NCBI GenBank assembly: GCA_003248075.1
Contig: QJYK01000207.1
Coordinates: 4,603 to 68,602, forward strand
Source: Gemmatimonadota bacterium
GTDB lineage: Bacteria > Gemmatimonadota > Gemmatimonadetes > Longimicrobiales > Gaopeijiaceae
Length of the DNA stretch: 64,000 nt
Direction: 5' to 3'
The first letter of the stretch is position 1. Every line of letters begins with the position of its first letter. Shown piece after piece: positions 25,572 to 34,265 of the stretch. The translations under genes were made by a program, and so were the position numbers. Below the pieces are notes generated by a model. The model was not told where the DNA came from. It was given only the letters and a program-made list of their open reading frames with translations, and made no database searches.

Positions 25572-27497
25572 TCAGATCAGCCGGTTGGCCAGATAGGCAC
25601 CGAGGTAGGCCAGAGCCAGCATGTAGGAGAACTGTAGCGCCGGCCATCTCCACCCGTTGGTCTCCCGGCGCATGACCGCGACCGTGGACATGCACTGGAG
25701 CGCGAACGCGAAGAAGACCAGCAGGGCCACTGCCCCACCCAGATCGAGGTCCCGCCTCAGCGCGGCCTGCAGCTCGAGGGACCCCTCGTCGGCGTCCTGC
25801 ACGCCGTTGATCGTCCCCAGGGTGCCTACGATGACTTCCCGGGCGGCGAGCGACGAGACGAGTCCGATCCCGATCTTCCAGTCGAAGCCGAGGGGACGGA
25901 TCACGGGCTCGACGACGTGGCCGGCCACGCCCAGCGCGCTGCGCTCGATGGGGGGCGGGGAGCCGCCCGAGCGCGGAACCTGCGTGAGCAGCCAGAGGAC
26001 CACGGCGACTCCGAGGATCACGCGACCCGCCCGCCGCAGAAAGACCTTCGAGCGATCGAGCAGGCGCAGGCCGAGGGACGCGAGGGATGGGATCCGGTAC
26101 GACGGCAGCTCCATGAGAAACGGCGCGGCGTGGCCGCGCAGGATCGTGCGCCGGATCAAGAAGGCGGTGCCGACCGCCGCGCCCACCCCCAGCCCGTAGA
26201 GTCCGAGCAGCGTCGCGGCGCGCGTCCCCATGAGCGGTCCCACGACCGGCCTCTCGGGTACGAACGCCGCGATCAACAGGGCATAGACCGGCAATCGCGC
26301 CGAGCAGGTCATGAATGGCGTGACGAAGATGGTGGTCAGCCGGTCCCGCTCGTCCTCGACCGTCCGGGCCGAGAGGATGGCGGGCACGGCGCACGCATAG
26401 GCCGACAGGAGCGGGAGAAAGGCGCGCCCCTGGAGCCCGACGCGGTACATGAGCCTGTCGGCGATCACCGCGGCCCGCGCCATGTATCCCGAGTCCTCCA
26501 TCACGCCCAGGAACAGGAAGAGGACCAGGATCTGGGGCAGGAATACCAGAACCGACCCCACACCGGCCCAGACCCCGTCCACGAGCAGGCTGCGGAACCA
26601 CGAGGGTGGAAGGGCCCCTCGCACCCATTCCCCCGAGGTCGCGATGAGCCACTCGACCCCGTCCATCAGCGGGGTCGCCCACGTGAACATGGCCTGGAAT
26701 ACGACCAACACCACCACGAGGAACACGAGGGGCCCCCAGACCCGGTGGAGCAGCACCGAGTCCAGGCGCTCCTGGAGGGGGGACGGTCCGGCCGGAGCGA
26801 AGCGCGCGTCCCGGGCCAACGCCCTCACGCGTTGGCGCCGCTGGGCGAACACGTCCACCATGGGTAGCTGAACCCCGTGCGGGACATTCCGGACCGCGGG
26901 GCAGGGCCGCTCCGGGAACGCCCCTCTGTCGACGGCGCCGGCCAGAAAACGATCCACCGCTCCCATCCCCCGCCCGGTGCGCACCGCCGCGCGCACGACC
27001 TCCACGCCGAGTTGGTCTGCGAGCAGCTCCTCGTCGATGCGACCCCCGCGGCGATCGAGCTCGTCGGACATGTTGAGCACCAGCAGCGTGGGCACACCCA
27101 ACTCGAGGACCGGCTCGCACAGCATGAGCTGCTGCTCGAAGCGCGTGACATCCACGATCAGGACCACCGCGTCCGGTGGCCGTATGCCCTCCGCACGACC
27201 CTCGAGCACGTCACGGGTGATCCGCTCGTCCAGCGTGCGGGCGGAGAATCCGTTCACACCGGGCAGGTCGACGACGTCGATCTCGCGGCCGTCCCTCAGG
27301 CGCGCACGTCCGACCTTCCGCTCGACGGTCACGCCCGGGTAGTTCGCGACCTTCTGGCGAAGGCCGGTCAGCCGATTGAAGAGCGTCGACTTGCCGGAAT
27401 TCGGTGGACCCACGAGGGCCACCAGCGGGCGCTGGGCGCCCTCCACCGGCCAGGCCGGTCGCTTCGAGACGTCAGAGTGGGTGGATCGGGCAGACAA
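25572..27497 (-). CDS. feoB: ferrous iron transporter FeoB
   Basis: 641 aa. G-domain 'VALVGPPNSGKSTLFNRLTG..QKVANYPGVTVE...VDLPG', followed by a polytopic gate/nucleoside-recognition membrane domain. Confidence 0.92.
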   Translation of the reverse strand: MSARSTHSDVSKRPAWPVEGAQRPLVALVGPPNSGKSTLFNRLTGLRQKVANYPGVTVERKVGRARLRDGREIDVVDLPGVNGFSARTLDERITRDVLEGRAEGIRPPDAVVLIVDVTRFEQQLMLCEPVLELGVPTLLVLNMSDELDRRGGRIDEELLADQLGVEVVRAAVRTGRGMGAVDRFLAGAVDRGAFPERPCPAVRNVPHGVQLPMVDVFAQRRQRVRALARDARFAPAGPSPLQERLDSVLLHRVWGPLVFLVVVLVVFQAMFTWATPLMDGVEWLIATSGEWVRGALPPSWFRSLLVDGVWAGVGSVLVFLPQILVLFLFLGVMEDSGYMARAAVIADRLMYRVGLQGRAFLPLLSAYACAVPAILSARTVEDERDRLTTIFVTPFMTCSARLPVYALLIAAFVPERPVVGPLMGTRAATLLGLYGLGVGAAVGTAFLIRRTILRGHAAPFLMELPSYRIPSLASLGLRLLDRSKVFLRRAGRVILGVAVVLWLLTQVPRSGGSPPPIERSALGVAGHVVEPVIRPLGFDWKIGIGLVSSLAAREVIVGTLGTINGVQDADEGSLELQAALRRDLDLGGAVALLVFFAFALQCMSTVAVMRRETNGWRWPALQFSYMLALAYLGAYLANRLI

Positions 27498-27515
27498 AGC
27501 GACTCGGCCGTCTCG

Positions 27516-27848
27516 TCACCTCGGACCGGGGGTCGGGTCCCCGTCCTGGACGAAGTCGCCATCGGCGAGCCGTACGCACAGGCAGCCGGCCATCTCGCGT
27601 CTGAGGGCCAGGAGGTTCCCGTCCACGGTGACGATCGGGTCTCCCCCGGGGGATCGCCTCACCGGACACATGCGGCACCCGGGAAGCAGGCCACGCTCCA
27701 GGAGGGGCTCCACCTGCTCGATCGGAAGGTCGATGCGCACCAGCTCGACGGTCTGCTGGAGGGGCACCGCGTCGAGCCGGAGCTCCTGCGGCTGCTCAGG
27801 GACGCTTCCGGCCGTGGGGCCCACCGTGGGGAGGCTGCGGGGCGACAT
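27516..27848 (-). CDS. feoA: FeoA-domain protein
   Basis: 'LERGLLPGCRMCPVRRSPGGDPIVTVDGNLLALRREMAGCLCV' matches the FeoA SH3-like pattern. Lies 18 nt upstream of feoB. The true start may be internal. Confidence 0.75.
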   Translation of the reverse strand: MSPRSLPTVGPTAGSVPEQPQELRLDAVPLQQTVELVRIDLPIEQVEPLLERGLLPGCRMCPVRRSPGGDPIVTVDGNLLALRREMAGCLCVRLADGDFVQDGDPTPGPR

Positions 27849-27881
27849 CGCGAGGAATCGCGCGGGGTTTCGAGGATCGGG

Positions 27882-27896
27882 TGAGAATGAATCTCA
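27882..27896. promoter_or_regulatory. Fur-box-like inverted repeat upstream of feoAB
   Basis: TGAGAATGAATCTCA (TGAGA-N5-TCTCA) lies within a local low-GC patch, about 34 nt upstream of the feoA ORF start. Confidence 0.4.
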
Positions 27897-27968
27897 ACTA
27901 CGAAGATACCAGGGTACCCGAGCACCGCAATACGTCCGGCAGGTCGCCGAAGAATGGGAGCGGCTCGG

Positions 27969-29006
27969 TCACGAGCCCTGTCCTTCCCCCACGCGATGCC
28001 GTTCCAGGAAGTCCTCGGTGCCATCGGGCACCAGGAGGCTATCCGAGATCGCCGCAATCTCCTCGGCTTCCTTCCACGCCCGCTCCAGCAGCCACAGCTC
28101 CCCTTCGAGCGCGCGCCTTTCCTGCTCCTCGTGAAGCGCCATCTCCACGGCCAGCTTGGTCGCCTTGGGCATCTTGTTCACGTAGCCGGGTACGCCCTTC
28201 TTGTCCCTGAAGCGGTCTCCCGAGGCGATCTCGCGCAGAAACGCTTCCGGGTGGCCGACGCCCTCGATGTGGCTCACCGCGTCCTGTACGGTCTCCTGCT
28301 TCCCGCCGGCGGCGTTCATCTTGGGAAGGATGGCTCCGGCCACGCGCCGTGCCTCGTCGCCCCGGAACCACCGCGTCTTCTTCCCCTTCCTGACCTCCAC
28401 CGAAAAGCCCAGCGGGTCGTCGGAAGACCGCAGCCGGGTCCCGAGCAGGTCGATGCGCTTGAGGCGGAGGACGGCACCGTCATCGGTGCGGAGCTTCACG
28501 CGCGTGCGCCCGTTCACCCACATGCTCCACCAGTTCCCGCTCTGCGACAGGAGCGCACCGCTCAGCACTCCGGTGGCGGCCCCGCCGATCATCACGCCGG
28601 CGAAGACCGCGGCGCCACCGACGCCCAGGAGGATCTGCTTCTTCCGGCGCCGCCCGAACTGATCGCCGTAACGCCAGGCGGCGAACTCGGGCCTCATCGG
28701 TCTCCCGACGCGCACCAGCTCGAGTCCCTCCGGGTGCCGCGCGAGCCCGATGTTCTCGGTCGACACCCGAACCCGCGTGCCCCTGAAGACCTCCTCCAGT
28801 GCCTCGACCGCCTCCCAGCGCTCCTCCATCGGGGAGAGGTTCCACCGCTCGCAGCGGCGACACACCACCCACAGGCGACCGCGCTCCGCATCGAAGGCCA
28901 GGCGCCTTCCCACCGGGAACGTCTCGACCACCTGATTCGACCCGAGCGCGCGATTGCAGAACATGCACGTCGTGTACAAACGTCCCTCCTCCCCGAATCC
29001 TTCCAT
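27969..29006 (-). CDS. zinc-ribbon (CxxC...CxxC) membrane protein, unknown function
   Basis: C-terminal 345 aa of listed ORF 27969..30092. 'MEGFGEEGRLYTTCMFCNRALG...LWVVCRRCERWNL', TM 'ILLGVGGAAVFAGVMIGGAATGVLSGALL', helical acidic C-terminus. The upstream 360 codons of the listed ORF are antisense to gene 29241..30299. Confidence 0.7.
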   Translation of the reverse strand: MEGFGEEGRLYTTCMFCNRALGSNQVVETFPVGRRLAFDAERGRLWVVCRRCERWNLSPMEERWEAVEALEEVFRGTRVRVSTENIGLARHPEGLELVRVGRPMRPEFAAWRYGDQFGRRRKKQILLGVGGAAVFAGVMIGGAATGVLSGALLSQSGNWWSMWVNGRTRVKLRTDDGAVLRLKRIDLLGTRLRSSDDPLGFSVEVRKGKKTRWFRGDEARRVAGAILPKMNAAGGKQETVQDAVSHIEGVGHPEAFLREIASGDRFRDKKGVPGYVNKMPKATKLAVEMALHEEQERRALEGELWLLERAWKEAEEIAAISDSLLVPDGTEDFLERHRVGEGQGS

Positions 29007-29240
29007 CCCGACGTCCCGAGTACGCGTCGGGCCCGCCCCGCCTTCAGCCTGACGTTCCGGGCAGCCGGTCCGCTCTCGCCGAAGCGCCCCAAGAAAGAAT
29101 AGCCGACCCCAATCCGCGTCGCCCCCGGCGCGTGCCGCGAGCCCGGCGGCGCGACAAAACAAAACGACCGCCTCCTCCGTAGTGGCCTTCGGGGCGCGCG
29201 ATTCGGCGCTCTCGCGGACGCGAAAGGGAGGAGGTCGGAG

Positions 29241-30299
29241 ATGCACGACGAGTTCGAGCGGGCGATGGCCGGCGAGCCACGGCGGCGTGGGCTTTCCGCC
29301 CTCGGATGGCTCATGGTGTTCCTGGGCTTCTTCTTCGTGGTCGGTGTCGTGGGCGTCGGCTGGGCCATCTCGAAGGCGACCCACCGGGCCAAGGACCTTG
29401 CCGCCCAGTTCGCGGCCGGCTTCCATCCCGTCGAGATCGCCAACGATGTGGTCTCGCGTCTGCGCACCCACGAGCGACTTCTCGCGATGACCCCGGACGA
29501 GGGCTTGAGATACCTCAGGGGGCTGGACGCCGGCGATCCGGCGGAGGCCGTGCTCCAGGACGTGGTCGCGCTCCCGTTCCGGACCCTCGGCGACGTGTCC
29601 TCCGCGCTCGAGCGCGAGGCACGCACCGGCGGATCGGCGAGCCGCGACGGCTCGCTCACGCTGCATTCCGATCAGGGGGACGTGCGCTTCGATCTCCAGC
29701 GGCGGGATGACGGTGCCTCGTTGGTCATCGACTCCAACGACGGACGCGTGCGCCTCGATCTCGGTCGCACCGGAAACGGTGGCTTCCTCACCATCGACTC
29801 CGACGACGGAAGCGCGCGACTCGATCTCGCCCGCACGGAGAACGGCGGGACCCTCACCATCGACTCCGACCAGGGCACGATCCGGGTCGAGGCCACCGGT
29901 GGCGAGGACCGGGCCCGCGTCGAGATAAGCTCGGACGACGGGGAGGTCCTCCGCCTGGGCCTCGGCGGCGACGCGGCCGAGATCCCCGGCTGGGTTCCGC
30001 GTTTGGACGGCATGCCCGACGCTCCACGTCCGGTCTACTCCCTCGAGGCCTCGGAAGGCGTGCTGGGAGGCGTGACCTGGGCGAGTGACCACTCATCCGA
30101 GGACGTGCTCGACTTCTATCGGAATCGACTGGAGGACGCGGGCTACGACCTCCGGGCCGAGCACTCGAGGCGCGGCGCCGGCTTCGACGAGGGCTCACTC
30201 TGGGCCCGGGACGAGGGCGATGGCCGTCTCGTCTTCGTGGTCGCGCGCAGCGATCGCGAGGGGACGCGCGTCCTGCTCGGATACGGAGAGCGACGCTAG
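29241..30299 (+). CDS. membrane-anchored protein with 22-aa tandem repeats, unknown function
   Basis: GGGAGGAGG SD. TM 'LSALGWLMVFLGFFFVVGVVGVGWAI'. Repeats 'IDSxDGxxRLDLxRTxNGGxLT'. C-terminal 'VLDFYRNRLEDAGYDL' domain. Confidence 0.75.
   Translation: MHDEFERAMAGEPRRRGLSALGWLMVFLGFFFVVGVVGVGWAISKATHRAKDLAAQFAAGFHPVEIANDVVSRLRTHERLLAMTPDEGLRYLRGLDAGDPAEAVLQDVVALPFRTLGDVSSALEREARTGGSASRDGSLTLHSDQGDVRFDLQRRDDGASLVIDSNDGRVRLDLGRTGNGGFLTIDSDDGSARLDLARTENGGTLTIDSDQGTIRVEATGGEDRARVEISSDDGEVLRLGLGGDAAEIPGWVPRLDGMPDAPRPVYSLEASEGVLGGVTWASDHSSEDVLDFYRNRLEDAGYDLRAEHSRRGAGFDEGSLWARDEGDGRLVFVVARSDREGTRVLLGYGERR
29661..29990 (+). repeat. five tandem 66-nt (22-codon) coding repeats
   Basis: ATCGACTCC recurs at 29727, 29793 and 29859 (period 66). 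Units: LHSDQGDVRFDLQRRDDGASLV / IDSNDGRVRLDLGRTGNGGFLT / IDSDDGSARLDLARTENGGTLT / IDSDQGTIRVEATGGEDRARVE / ISSDDGEVLRLGLGGDAAEIPG. Confidence 0.8.
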
Positions 30300-30306
30300 G
30301 GAAGCG

Positions 30307-32400
30307 TCACGCCAGCGCGGCCAGCACGCGTTCGGGGGTCATCGGAAGCTCGTGCATCCGTTTCCCGATCGCATCGTGGATGGCGTTCGCGAGCACGGCG
30401 CCGACCATGGTCACCGAGGGCTCGCCACCGCCTTGCGGTCCGAGAGCCGGGTTGTCGACGATCGTGACCTCGATCGAGGGCAGCCAGCTGAAGCGCGGAA
30501 GCTCATAGCGGTCGAAGTTCCGTTCGATGATCGCCCCGCGGTCGAAGTGGATCTCCTCCCGAAGCGCGTAGCCGAGGCCCTGAATCAGTCCGCCCTCCAT
30601 CTGCATGCGCGCGCCCTCCGGGTTGATGACCTCACCCATGTCCTGGGCACAGACCACGCGCAGCACCCGCACGGCTCCGGTCTTCCGGTCCACGTCGACC
30701 TCGGCCATCGCCGCGACCACGGTGCCGGCGTCGGCTCCACTCGCGACGCCGTGGCCACGCCCAGACGGTCCCGCACGCCACTCCTCTCCGAACAGGTCCG
30801 CCGCGGCCCTGAGCACGCCGCGGACACGCTCGTCCTTGGCGTGCTCCAGCCGGAAGGACAGGGGATCCCTGCCGGCGACCTCCGCCATGATGTCGACCTG
30901 CGATTCGATGGCGAAGTGATTCACGTTGGCGCCCGGCCCCCGCCAGGCGCCCACCCGTAGGGGATGATAGCGGGGACCGCTGCCGCCCCATCCACCCGCG
31001 GACGTGACCCGGTGGTGAGGAATCGCGTATACCGGATCGGAGCTGCGGTTTCCTCCATGGAGGTTGCGGTAGTCCCAGAAGACCAGGCGTCCCGCGTGAT
31101 CGACACCCGATGCGACATGCACGATCGTCGCCGGCCTGAAGCTGTCGTAGAAGAACTCCTCCTCCCGAGTCCACGCGACCTGGACCGGCGCCCCCACGGC
31201 CCTCGACAAGCGCACCGCCTCGTGGGCCTGGTCGTTCTCGGTCTTGCCGCCGAAGCCGCCTCCCACGAAGGGCGTGATGACGCGCACATCCTCTTCGGGA
31301 CACCCGAGAATCTCGGCCGCCTCCCGCCGGAGCGTGAACGGGTTCTGGGTGGAGGCCCAGATCGTCGCGCCCTGCCCGTCCACGCTGGCGAGCGCCGCGT
31401 GCGGCTCCATGGGGGCGTGCGCCATGTAGTTCGCGCGAAAGGTGCTCTCGCGCACCGTTTCGGAGGCGGCGCGGCCCGCGCTCAGGCTACCGGCCTCGCT
31501 CACCACACGCGCCTCGGGCAAGTTCCCTTCCAGGTACTCGAAGATGTTGGAGGAGCCCGGTCCTTCGGCAGGAGGATCCCAGGTGGCGGTCACCATCCCG
31601 AGGGCCTCCTGCGCGACGTCCGGGTGCCGGTGCAGCACGGCGACCAGGTCCCCGTCGCGTACGACGCGGACGCCCTCGACCGAAGCCGCGCGGGTCGTGT
31701 CCGCATCCCGGAGCCTCGACCCGTGCGCCGGGGGTCGCAGGATGCGGGCGCTCAGCATCCCGTCCAGTCGGATGTCGGCCGCGTACCGCGCCTGGCCGGT
31801 GACCTTGGCCCGACCGTCCTGGCGCTCGGTGGCCACACCGCTGACCGTGTATCCGGTCGGCTCGTCCCGGGACACCTCCCCGCGCACCACCCGCTCGATG
31901 CGCTGACCTCGAGCCAGCTCCGCGTAGGTCACCGACACGGCCGGGTCGGCAACGTCGTACACGACGCCGTCCCGTGTGCCGAGGCGGTCCGGCGGGACCC
32001 CGAGCCGCTCGGCTGCCAGATCCTTCAGCACCGCTTTGGCCTCCGCTGCCGCCTGGCGCATCGGTGGGCCGAAGAAACGCGTGCTCATCGACCCGAACGT
32101 TCCCATGTCCCACGGACAGAGATCCGTGTCCCCGAGGATCGGGTCGACGGAGGAGAGCGGCACGTCGAGCTCCTCGGCGAGCATCTGGGGGAGGGACGTG
32201 TAGACGCCCTGACCCATCTCGATCTTGCCGGTGAAGAACGCGACTCGGCCGTCTTCGCCGATACGCAGATAGGCGTTGAAGTCCTTGGGGTAGTCGCGGA
32301 ACTGGAACGTCCGGCGAGCCATGAGCTCGCGGATGTCCATCGTGTACAGGACCACGATGCCCATCCCCGAGATCCGGAGGAAGTCACGGCGGGTGGTCAT
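30307..32400 (-). CDS. molybdopterin-dependent hydroxylase large subunit (IorB / aldehyde oxidase-xanthine dehydrogenase family) with Tat signal
   Basis: ATG 32400 (ATGA overlap with the small-subunit stop). 'MTTRRDFLRISGMGIVVL', 'KIEMGQGVYTSLPQMLAEELDV', 'GGGFGGK', 'NPEGARMQMEGGLIQGLGYAL'. Listed ORF 30307..33048 is an over-extension through the neighbouring gene. Confidence 0.9.
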   Translation of the reverse strand: MTTRRDFLRISGMGIVVLYTMDIRELMARRTFQFRDYPKDFNAYLRIGEDGRVAFFTGKIEMGQGVYTSLPQMLAEELDVPLSSVDPILGDTDLCPWDMGTFGSMSTRFFGPPMRQAAAEAKAVLKDLAAERLGVPPDRLGTRDGVVYDVADPAVSVTYAELARGQRIERVVRGEVSRDEPTGYTVSGVATERQDGRAKVTGQARYAADIRLDGMLSARILRPPAHGSRLRDADTTRAASVEGVRVVRDGDLVAVLHRHPDVAQEALGMVTATWDPPAEGPGSSNIFEYLEGNLPEARVVSEAGSLSAGRAASETVRESTFRANYMAHAPMEPHAALASVDGQGATIWASTQNPFTLRREAAEILGCPEEDVRVITPFVGGGFGGKTENDQAHEAVRLSRAVGAPVQVAWTREEEFFYDSFRPATIVHVASGVDHAGRLVFWDYRNLHGGNRSSDPVYAIPHHRVTSAGGWGGSGPRYHPLRVGAWRGPGANVNHFAIESQVDIMAEVAGRDPLSFRLEHAKDERVRGVLRAAADLFGEEWRAGPSGRGHGVASGADAGTVVAAMAEVDVDRKTGAVRVLRVVCAQDMGEVINPEGARMQMEGGLIQGLGYALREEIHFDRGAIIERNFDRYELPRFSWLPSIEVTIVDNPALGPQGGGEPSVTMVGAVLANAIHDAIGKRMHELPMTPERVLAALA

Positions 32401-32891
32401 GGCCGGTCCTCCTGTGCGCGTAGTTGGCGCGCCGCCTGCTCGACCGCGTCCACGATGCGGTTGTAGGTGCCGCAGCGGCAGAGGTTGGTCTCCATTCCCC
32501 GCGCGATGTCCTCGCGTGTCGGGTCGGGGTTGCGGCGAAGGAAGCCGACCGCACGCATGACCATCCCCGGAGTGCAGAAACCGCATTGGAGCCCCCCGTG
32601 CTCGACCAGGGCCTCCTGGACCGGGTGCAGCGTCCCGTCCGGCGACGCGACGCCCTCCGCGGTCATGACCTCCCGACCCTCGACCGAACCCACGCGCTGA
32701 CGGCAGGAGAAGACGGGGCGCCCGTCCACCAGGACCGTACACGCCCCGCACTCCCTCTCTCCACAGCCGTACTTCGTCCCCGTCAGACCCAGGTCCGAAC
32801 GCAGGACCCAGAGGAGCAGCCTCCCGGGCTCCGCGTCGACCTCGACGGGTCGACCGTTCACGGTGAACCGGATCGCACGACGCATGGCCAC
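32397..32891 (-). CDS. (2Fe-2S)-binding small subunit of the Mo-hydroxylase (IorA-like)
   Basis: 164 aa. 'GCGERECGACTVLVDG' and 'QCGFCTPGMVM...NLCRCGTY' (two 2Fe-2S motifs). Confidence 0.9.
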   Translation of the reverse strand: MAMRRAIRFTVNGRPVEVDAEPGRLLLWVLRSDLGLTGTKYGCGERECGACTVLVDGRPVFSCRQRVGSVEGREVMTAEGVASPDGTLHPVQEALVEHGGLQCGFCTPGMVMRAVGFLRRNPDPTREDIARGMETNLCRCGTYNRIVDAVEQAARQLRAQEDRP

Positions 32892-33052
32892 CTCGGGTTA
32901 TGCGGAACCTCGCGAGCCTCAGTAACACTCTCGGGCGGCGACGCCTTTCGATCAAGTGGGACCCCCGGATCCCGCGAGCGCCGGCGGCGTACCAACCCCA
33001 AGACGAGCCACCCGGTGCGCTCTCCCGCACCGTTCGCCGAGGTGCCACCGCG

Positions 33053-33457
33053 ATGACGAATCCACGCCGCGCCCGCTGGTTCGTGGTCCTCCTGGTCGGG
33101 ACGATCTACGGATGCGTCGGTCCGAGAGCTGCCGACCTCGACGACCTGGTGTTGCGCGACAGCACGTACCTGGTCGCCGAGACCCTCGAGCCGTTCACCG
33201 GTCGCGTGGTCCGCCACTTCGCCTCCGAACCCGACAGGGTCCAGCTCGAGGGGACGCTCCGGGAGGGAGCCTGGGAGGGAGAGCTCACGGTGTACCACGA
33301 GAGTGGCCGGGTCCGATACCAGGGCAGGCTCTCGGCGGGCACCCCCTGTGGCGCCTGGGTCGAGAACCGGGACGACGAGCCCTCCGGAACGGTGTACCAG
33401 GAGCTGAGGCGCGAGATCGAGAGCATGGGGATCTACCCGCCATGTCCGGAGCGTTAG
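33053..33457 (+). CDS. small lipoprotein, unknown function (possible YwqK/MORN-like repeat)
   Basis: ATG 33053: 'MTNPRRARWFVVLLVGTIYGCVGP' (lipobox Cys). 'GTLREGAWEGELTVYHESGRVRYQGRLSAGTPCGAWVE'. Listed ORF start 32900 is over-extended. Confidence 0.6.
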   Translation: MTNPRRARWFVVLLVGTIYGCVGPRAADLDDLVLRDSTYLVAETLEPFTGRVVRHFASEPDRVQLEGTLREGAWEGELTVYHESGRVRYQGRLSAGTPCGAWVENRDDEPSGTVYQELRREIESMGIYPPCPER

Positions 33458-33628
33458 CCCCCGCTACGGTACCGCGGCCCGACCCGGCACGTCCCTTGCG
33501 TGACGTGGGTCCCTGACGCCACGCGCCGGCCGTCAGGGAAGCGAGACCGGTTCGCGGGGTGCCCGCACGGATGTGCCGGGCCGGGGAACCTTTTTCCGGC
33601 ACGGTGCTCCCCAGATCGGAAATGACCC

Positions 33629-34249
33629 ATGAAGCGATCCAGGTTCGCGATGCTCCTCACGGCATCCGTCGGCGTCGCCGCGTGCGGCGACAGCGGCACC
33701 GGGCCGACCGGTGATCCGTTGACCCAGGCCGAGGCCCAAGCGCTCGCCGAGATCCTCATGTCCCAGTCGTACCAGGGTGCCGACGGCGGCCTCGCGCCGG
33801 TGGCGGGCGGCCCCCAGGCGGTCCCCGTCGTCCTCGAGACGACCGTGGACGCCGACGTCCCGTGCGCGCTCGGCGGCGCCATCGCCGTCCACGGCACACT
33901 CAGGATCGAGGGCGACAGCGAGCTCGAGGGCGGCACGATCGACTACAGGGTCACCCACGTGCATCACGACTGCGTCGCGCAGGACGCGGAGGTTCAGTTC
34001 ACCTTCACGCTGAACAGCGACCCCGGGGTGACCACCACGCTCTTCCTGGACAGCGATCCCCTCGGCGCGCTCACCCTGGAGGGCGGGATCTCCGGCAGGA
34101 TCTCGTGGGCCATGGGTGACAAGAGCGGCAGCTGTGGAATCGAGCTCACCTTCAACGGGTCGGCCGACAGCACGACGGGTGCCGGTTGGTCGAAGGTGCT
34201 GGGCAACGTCTGCGGTACATCGATCGACCAGGAGATGACGGTGGGCTGA
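33629..34249 (+). CDS. lipoprotein, unknown function
   Basis: 'MKRSRFAMLLTASVGVAACGD' signal plus lipobox. Four further Cys. No family recognised. Confidence 0.65.
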   Translation: MKRSRFAMLLTASVGVAACGDSGTGPTGDPLTQAEAQALAEILMSQSYQGADGGLAPVAGGPQAVPVVLETTVDADVPCALGGAIAVHGTLRIEGDSELEGGTIDYRVTHVHHDCVAQDAEVQFTFTLNSDPGVTTTLFLDSDPLGALTLEGGISGRISWAMGDKSGSCGIELTFNGSADSTTGAGWSKVLGNVCGTSIDQEMTVG

Positions 34250-34265
34250 GGCCCCGGTCGGGCCG

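Noticed and set aside
25567-27120. 517-aa minus-strand ORF overlapping feoB
   Set aside because: An alternate frame of feoB with Arg/Gly/Pro composition. The feoB frame has G-domain motifs.
29007-30092. N-terminal 360 codons of the listed 707-aa ORF 27969..30092
   Set aside because: Antisense to the repeat-protein gene 29241..30299, which has a strong SD, a TM helix and coding repeats. The real gene starts at ATG 29006.
32401-33048. 5' extension making a 913-aa ORF 30307..33048
   Set aside because: The frame merely stays open through the separately encoded 2Fe-2S subunit gene (32397..32891). The large subunit starts at the Tat-signal Met (32400) with an ATGA overlap.
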